From contig JAPDFW010000114.1 in NCBI GenBank assembly GCA_028826165.1, positions 310,001 to 374,000 of the forward strand: 64,000 nt of DNA. Reading direction: 5' to 3'. The stretch comes from Anaeramoeba ignava BMAN (lineage: Eukaryota; Protista; Anaeramoebae). A program made the translations under genes and the position numbers. Numbering within the stretch: the first letter of the stretch is position 1; every line of letters starts with the position of its first letter. Shown piece after piece: positions 58,254 to 64,000 of this stretch. The notes beneath the pieces were generated by a model, which saw nothing but the letters and a program-made list of their open reading frames with translations, was not told where the DNA came from and made no database searches.

Positions 58254-59699
58254 TTAAATGAAAAAAGTTTCAAGTCCATCAACTTTCCATGCAGTATAAG
58301 CTCCAGTGAAATAATTTTGCGCTTCACTTGTATTTGGTTTAATTCCATCAGGTAAATGATAAGTTCTTCCAAAATCTAAATAACCAGGTTGTAAATCTCC
58401 TACAAGAACAATATCAGCACCGGAATAACCAAAACAAGGTCCATTTTCTGATTCATAACCAATTCCATTATGTACTTCATTTGATCGAATTGGAAATTTT
58501 TGAGGAGGATCATTTTGTGGATTTGTTATTGTAAAAATAAAAGCATCTGGATCTGGAATTGCAACATAATCGTTTTTTGAAATAAATCCAACTTTAGTAA
58601 ATCCTCCAAAAATATAATTTTGTGTTGTTTTGATAATAACTAATGTTTTTCCTTTATTATCACTTTTTTCATGCCATTTTTGAGAAGAAAATCCATCTTT
58701 TGTTGCTGAAAATCCTAATTTCATTTTGGAAAAGAATTCATCATCATTTATCCATTCTCTTAATTTGATAATATATTCTTTTTCTGTAATAATTTCTGAT
58801 TCAAATTTGAATCTTGGTTTGAAAATTAATGAATTTGGAATTTGATTTTCTTTTTCAATAAATTCATATAATTTTTCTTCATTTTTTTTTGGGTTTTTTT
58901 GTAGTTTTTGGAATTCAATTAATTTTTGTGAGATTTGTTTTGGAATTAAATCTTCTTTCAAACTTTTTTTAAGTTCTTTTTTTGTGAAATCAATAAATCT
59001 TATTTTATCAATAATATTGGAAATTTGATTTTGTAATTTCTCTTTTTCTTCTTTTTTGATTTTTTTTTGTTGAGTAATATTTGATTTATGTTTTCCCCAT
59101 TTTATTATTGATTGGAACATTTTAAATTCATTTGTTAAAATATCCTCATTTGATAATATTGAATTTAAATGATTTTCTTCAAGTTCAAGAAAAAATGAAG
59201 TTTTGATAAATTTATTAAAATTTTTAGAAATAAATTTATAAGAATAATCTAATAATTGATTGAAGTTCATTGTTTCAGATAATTTAAGAACATCAATAAT
59301 AGTTTCAAATTGTAAATTGTTTTTGATAAAATTTGAAGAAATTTCAATTAATTCATCAATTAAATATTTTGATGAAAAAATTAAAATTTCGATTGCATTT
59401 TCTAAATTAATTTCAATTTTTCCTGAATAAAAATAATTCAGAATTGAAGATAGAATTGAACTTGAAACATCTTTTAGAATTAATTTATTTTCTTGATATT
59501 CTTTCATTTTGGATTTGAAAAGAGATTTAAAATATTCACTTCTTGAAGAAAGGATTGATTTATGAGTTTTGAATGAAGTTTGATTTTGTTCACAAATTAT
59601 TTCAAAATCAAAATAGCTTTCTTCTTCTTTTTGATTTTGATTTTGAAATAAATTTTTTAAATCATTTGAAAGTTTTTCTAAATTTGAATAATTTTCCAT
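58254..59699 (-). CDS. BTB-BACK-TLDc protein (copy 3)
   Basis: Same domain motifs as copy 2. TLDc nearly identical to copy 4. Confidence 0.92.
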   Translation of the reverse strand: MENYSNLEKLSNDLKNLFQNQNQKEEESYFDFEIICEQNQTSFKTHKSILSSRSEYFKSLFKSKMKEYQENKLILKDVSSSILSSILNYFYSGKIEINLENAIEILIFSSKYLIDELIEISSNFIKNNLQFETIIDVLKLSETMNFNQLLDYSYKFISKNFNKFIKTSFFLELEENHLNSILSNEDILTNEFKMFQSIIKWGKHKSNITQQKKIKKEEKEKLQNQISNIIDKIRFIDFTKKELKKSLKEDLIPKQISQKLIEFQKLQKNPKKNEEKLYEFIEKENQIPNSLIFKPRFKFESEIITEKEYIIKLREWINDDEFFSKMKLGFSATKDGFSSQKWHEKSDNKGKTLVIIKTTQNYIFGGFTKVGFISKNDYVAIPDPDAFIFTITNPQNDPPQKFPIRSNEVHNGIGYESENGPCFGYSGADIVLVGDLQPGYLDFGRTYHLPDGIKPNTSEAQNYFTGAYTAWKVDGLETFFI

Positions 59700-59749
59700 T
59701 TATTATTTAAATTTTTGAGAAAGAAAAAAAATGAAAAATGAAAAAATTT

Positions 59750-60000
59750 TGATTTTGATTTGATTTTGATTTAATTTTGATTTAATTTTGATTTAATTTT
59801 GATTTAATTTTGATTTAAATTTAATTTAATTTTGATTTAATTTTGATTTAATTTTAATTTAATTTTGATTTAATTTTGATTTAATTTTGATTTAATTTTG
59901 ATTTAATTTTGATTTAATTTTGATTTAAATTTGATTTGGTTTTAATTTAATTTAATTTTGATTTAATTTTAATTTGATTTAAATTTGATTTAAATTTTGA
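59750..60000. repeat. TTTAATTTTGA 11-mer spacer satellite between copies 3 and 4
   Basis: Same unit and same flank TGATTGAAAGGAAAAGAAAAAAATAAATTT as 57420-58253. Confidence 0.88.
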
Positions 60001-60026
60001 TTGAAAGGAAAAGAAAAAAATAAATT

Positions 60027-61472
60027 TTAAATGAAAAAAGTTTCAAGTCCATCAACTTTCCATGCAGTATAAGCTCCAGTGAAATAATTTTGCGCTTCAC
60101 TTGTTCCATATTTAATTCCATCAGGTAAATGATAAGTTCTTCCAAAATCTAAATAACCAGGTTGTAAATCTCCTACAAGAACAATATCAGCACCGGAATA
60201 ACCAAAACAAGGTCCATTTTCTGATTCATAACCAATTCCATTATGTACTTCATTTGATCGAATTGGAAATTTTTGAGGAGGATCATTTTGTGGATTTGTT
60301 ATTGTAAAAATAAAAGCATCTGGATCTGGAATTGCAACATAATCGTTTTTTGAAATAAATCCAACTTTAGTAAATCCTCCAAAAATATAATTTTGAGTTG
60401 TTTTGATAATAACTAATGTTTTTCCTTTATTATCACTTTTTTCATGCCATTTTCGAGAATTAAATCCATCTTTTGTTGCTGAAAATCCTAATTTCATTTT
60501 GGAAAAGAATTCATCATCATTTATCCATTCTTTTAATTTGATAATATATTCTTTTTCTGTAATAATTGTTGAGTTGAATATAAGCTTTGGTTTGAAAATT
60601 AATGAATTTGGAATTTGATTTTCTTTTTCAATAAATTCTTTTAATTTTTCTTCATTTTTTTTTGAGTTTTTTTGTAGTTTTTGGAATTCAATTAATTTTT
60701 CTGAAATTTGTTTTGGAATTAAATCTTCTTTCAAAGTATCTTTAAGTTCTTTATTTGTGAAATCAATAAATCTTATTTTATCAATAATATTGGAAATTTG
60801 ATTTTGTAATTTCTCTTTTTCTTCTTTTTTAATTATTTTTTCTTGATTAATATTTGATTTATGTTTTCCCCATTTTATTATTGATTGAAACATTTTAAAT
60901 TCATTTGTTAAAATATCCTCATTTGATAATATTGAATTTAAATGATTTTCTTCAAGTTCAAGAAAAAATGAAGTTTTGATAAATTTATTAAAATTTTTAG
61001 AAATAAATTGATAAGAATAATCTAATAATTGATTGAAGTTCATTGTTTCAGATAATTTAAGAACATCAATAACAGTTTCAAATTGAAAATTGTTTTTGAT
61101 AAAATTTGAAGAAATTTCAATTAATTCATCAATTAAATATTTTGATGAAAAAATTAAAATTTGAATTGCATTTTCTAAATTAATTTCAATTTTTCCTGAA
61201 TAAAAATAATTTAAAATTGAATATAGAATTGAATTTGAAACATCTTTTAGAATTAATTTATTTTCTTGATATTCTTTCATTTTGGATTTGAAAAGAGATT
61301 TAAAATATTCACTTCTTGAAGAAAGAATTGATTTATGAGTTTTGAATGAAGTTTGATTTTGTTCACAAATTATTTCAAAATCAAAATAGCTTTCTTCTTC
61401 TTTTTCATTTTGATTTTGAAATAAATTTTTTAAATCATTTGAAAGTTTTTCTAAATTTGAATAATTTTCCAT
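60027..61472 (-). CDS. BTB-BACK-TLDc protein (copy 4)
   Basis: Same domain motifs as copies 2 and 3. Confidence 0.92.
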   Translation of the reverse strand: MENYSNLEKLSNDLKNLFQNQNEKEEESYFDFEIICEQNQTSFKTHKSILSSRSEYFKSLFKSKMKEYQENKLILKDVSNSILYSILNYFYSGKIEINLENAIQILIFSSKYLIDELIEISSNFIKNNFQFETVIDVLKLSETMNFNQLLDYSYQFISKNFNKFIKTSFFLELEENHLNSILSNEDILTNEFKMFQSIIKWGKHKSNINQEKIIKKEEKEKLQNQISNIIDKIRFIDFTNKELKDTLKEDLIPKQISEKLIEFQKLQKNSKKNEEKLKEFIEKENQIPNSLIFKPKLIFNSTIITEKEYIIKLKEWINDDEFFSKMKLGFSATKDGFNSRKWHEKSDNKGKTLVIIKTTQNYIFGGFTKVGFISKNDYVAIPDPDAFIFTITNPQNDPPQKFPIRSNEVHNGIGYESENGPCFGYSGADIVLVGDLQPGYLDFGRTYHLPDGIKYGTSEAQNYFTGAYTAWKVDGLETFFI

Positions 61473-61627
61473 TTTTTATTTAAATTTTTGAAAAAGAAAA
61501 AAAATGAAAAATGAAAAATAAAAGAATGAAAAAAATTTGAATTGGAAAAATAAAAGAATTTTGAATTGGAAAAATAAAAGAATTTAAATGGAAAATTTAA
61601 AAAAGAAAAAAGAAATTGAATTAAAAT

Positions 61628-63132
61628 TTAAAATCCGAATTTTTTCCATAAATTTGATAAAAAACCAGATTTTTCTTTTGTTTGGGAATTATTTTCTTGT
61701 TGTTTTTCGGATTTTTCTTTTGGTTGATTTGTTTCAAGAATTTTTTCAACACTAACATTTAATTTTTGAGCACATTTTGAATTTGGAATTTTATCATCAA
61801 TTTTTGGAATTTTGAGTTCATCGTTTTTTGATTTAATTAAAAGATAATCCATTTCATTAGCAAGTTTTGTAGATTTTTTTCCAGAAAGAACATTTTCAAC
61901 TTGAAGAATTTTCTAATAAAAAATATTAAATATTAATTTAGATATTAAATATTAAATATTAATAAATATTAAATTAAATAATAAATATTAAATTAAATAA
62001 TAAATATTAAATATTAAATAATAAAAATTAAATAATAAATAATAAATAATAAATATTAAATAATAAATATTAAATATTAAATAATAAATAATAAATAATA
62101 AATAATAAATAATAAATAATAAATATTAAATATTAAATAATAAATTAAATAATAAATTAAATAATAAATTAAATAATAAATTAAATATTAAATATTAAAT
62201 AATAAATAATAAATATTAAATATTATAAATTAAATAATAAATATTAAATAATATTAAATATTAAATAATAAATATTAAATATTAAATATTAAATATTAAA
62301 TAATAAATATTAAATAATATTAAATAATAAATAATAAATATTAAATATTAAATATTAAATATTAAATATTAAATAATAAATTAAATATTAAATATTAAAT
62401 ATTAAATAATAAATAAAAAATATTAAATATTAATTTAAATAATAAATATTAAATAATAATAAATATTAAATTAAATAATAAATATTAAATTAAATAATAA
62501 ATATTAAATATTAAATATTAAATATTAATTTAAATAATAAATATTAAATAATAAATAATAAATATTAAATATTAAATATTAAATATTAAATTGAAATTAA
62601 TTACATTTTGAACACTTTCTTTATACATATCAGTTCCAAAATTTTTGATTTTGTTTGCAAAAATTCCTGAAACACTTGTTGAAATTGTTCCAATATCAAC
62701 AAGTTTAGTTTTAGTTTTTTGATTTTCAGGATCAGGAAAATAAATACTTTTTCCATGAAGAGTAAAGAACTGTCTAAAAGAACCATTTCTAACAATTACC
62801 GTTAAGTTTTTTTTTTTTTTGTCTAGTAAACAATCTTCTAAAAATATTGAAGTATTTGTTTTGATAAACATTTTCACAAATTTTGGAAGTCCTTCATTTT
62901 CAAACTCAAATTTTCTTCTTATAAATATTAAATTTCCTTCTTTGCAAGTTTCTAAAATTTCAACTGAAATTGATTTTGGCCAGAAATCTTTACTTGATTG
63001 CATATCTTTTTTTAATTAAATTTAATTAAATTTTTAAATTAAATTTTTTTTATTTTTTTTATTTTTTTTACATCGATCACTAATTTTTTGAAAAGGAATT
63101 GAAAAAGTATATTGAAAGCAAGATTTTGACAT
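61628..63132 (-). CDS. PRELI/MSF1 (Ups-like) lipid-transfer domain protein, 248 aa
   Basis: Exons 63132-63072, 63005-62605, 61912-61628. YTFSIPFQKI, SVEILE...LIFIRRKF..GLPKFVKMFI...FLEDCLLDKKKKNLTVIVRN..F...SIYFPDPEN..KTKL are typical PRELI blocks. Confidence 0.75.
61920..62600. repeat. AAATATT/AAATAAT 7-mer intronic satellite
   Basis: Fills PRELI intron 62604-61913. Confidence 0.88.
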
Positions 63133-63277
63133 TATTAAAAAGAAGAATAGAAGAAAAGAAAAAAGGAAAAAAATGAAAAATTAAAAAAAGCGAAAATTTT
63201 TTTATTATTTTTTTTTCATTTTTTTCCTTTTTATTTTTTTAATTTGTTTCTTTCTTTTTTTTTGGTTTATTTTTTTG

Positions 63278-63839
63278 ATGAAGTTTCTTTATAATATTTT
63301 TGTTTTTCTTTTTTTATTTTCTTTTTCATTTGGTTTAATTAGTGATTATACAATTCACACAGATGATCAAGTAATTTTCATTGATTATTTTGGATTTTAT
63401 AAAAACGGAACAGCAAAAATGTCTATTGATATATCAGTAAAACATTTCCAAACCAAAAAAAAATAAAATTCAATTAAAAAATCCAAAAATTTTAATTTAA
63501 AAAATTCAATTAAAAAATTTTAATTTAAAAAATTTTAATTTAAAAAAAGCCATTTCAATATAATTTGCAATTTTATGTTTGTTCATATAAAACTCAAGGA
63601 AGTGTATTATTCAAATCATATTTTTATTTTCAAATAAAAGTATAAATTTATGAATAAAAAAATATAATTTTTAGATTGATATAGATTCAATTGATTTTTG
63701 TTCACATATTCGATTTAAATGTTGGACACAAATATATATACATAATGAGTCTTTTTATTGGGAAGGAAATATTCCAACAAAAGATCATTATTTCTTTTAT
63801 GTTACTCAATGTAATCAAACACATGATTTAACTCTTGAT
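63278..63839 (+). CDS. 5' part of a GPR107/GPR108-like (GOST / lung-7TM family) protein; continues past window end
   Basis: Exons 63278-63436, 63550-63603, 63675-63839, then donor GTATTT at 63840. Signal peptide, IFIDYFGFYKNGTAKMSI and DHYFFYVTQC resemble the luminal GOLD-like domain. Confidence 0.55.
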
Positions 63840-64000
63840 GTATTTTTGTTGAATATTAAATATTAATTTAAATATTAAATTAAATATTGATTTAAATATT
63901 AATTTAAATATTAATTTAAATATTGATTTAAATATTGATTTAAATATTGATTTAAATATTGATTTAAATATTGATTTAAATATTAATTTAAATATTAATT

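Overview
Very AT-rich, gene-dense, intron-rich eukaryotic (protist) nuclear DNA. It has no prokaryotic operons, transposons, CRISPR arrays, tRNA or rRNA. I reconstructed 13 complete spliced genes with 36 GT-AG introns; all spliced lengths are multiples of 3. They are: ITFG1/LINKIN, importin-7/8, P5A-ATPase, dymeclin, an orphan with multiple PH-like modules, a two-HMG-box N/Q-rich protein, GSAP/pigeon, a 4xPH+EF-hand protein, an Rnl2-family RNA ligase, Med1, fimbrin, RPL8 and a PRELI protein. There are also two partial genes at the window edges, two intronless RCC1-BTB genes and a four-copy BTB-BACK(-TLDc) array. Long introns and some 3' spacers are filled with locus-specific micro/minisatellites, which explain most low-complexity ORFs in the track. 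The style (RCC1-BTB and BTB-TLDc expansions, N/Q runs, TCATTT initiator-like motifs) resembles Anaeramoeba-like metamonads; this is inference only. Highlights: (1) a hidden stand-alone box C/D snoRNA whose guide predicts 2'-O-methylation of the rRNA P-loop G (E. coli G2251 equivalent; snR67/SNORD31 type); (2) an intron-containing phage/bacterial-type Rnl2 RNA ligase with a large N/Q insertion; (3) a mosaic BTB-BACK-TLDc array with a constant N-terminus and a variable TLDc; (4) 17 of 38 3' splice sites are AAG, usually after A-tracts; (5) a start codon split by an intron; (6) strand-specific tandem TCATTT motifs before start codons.
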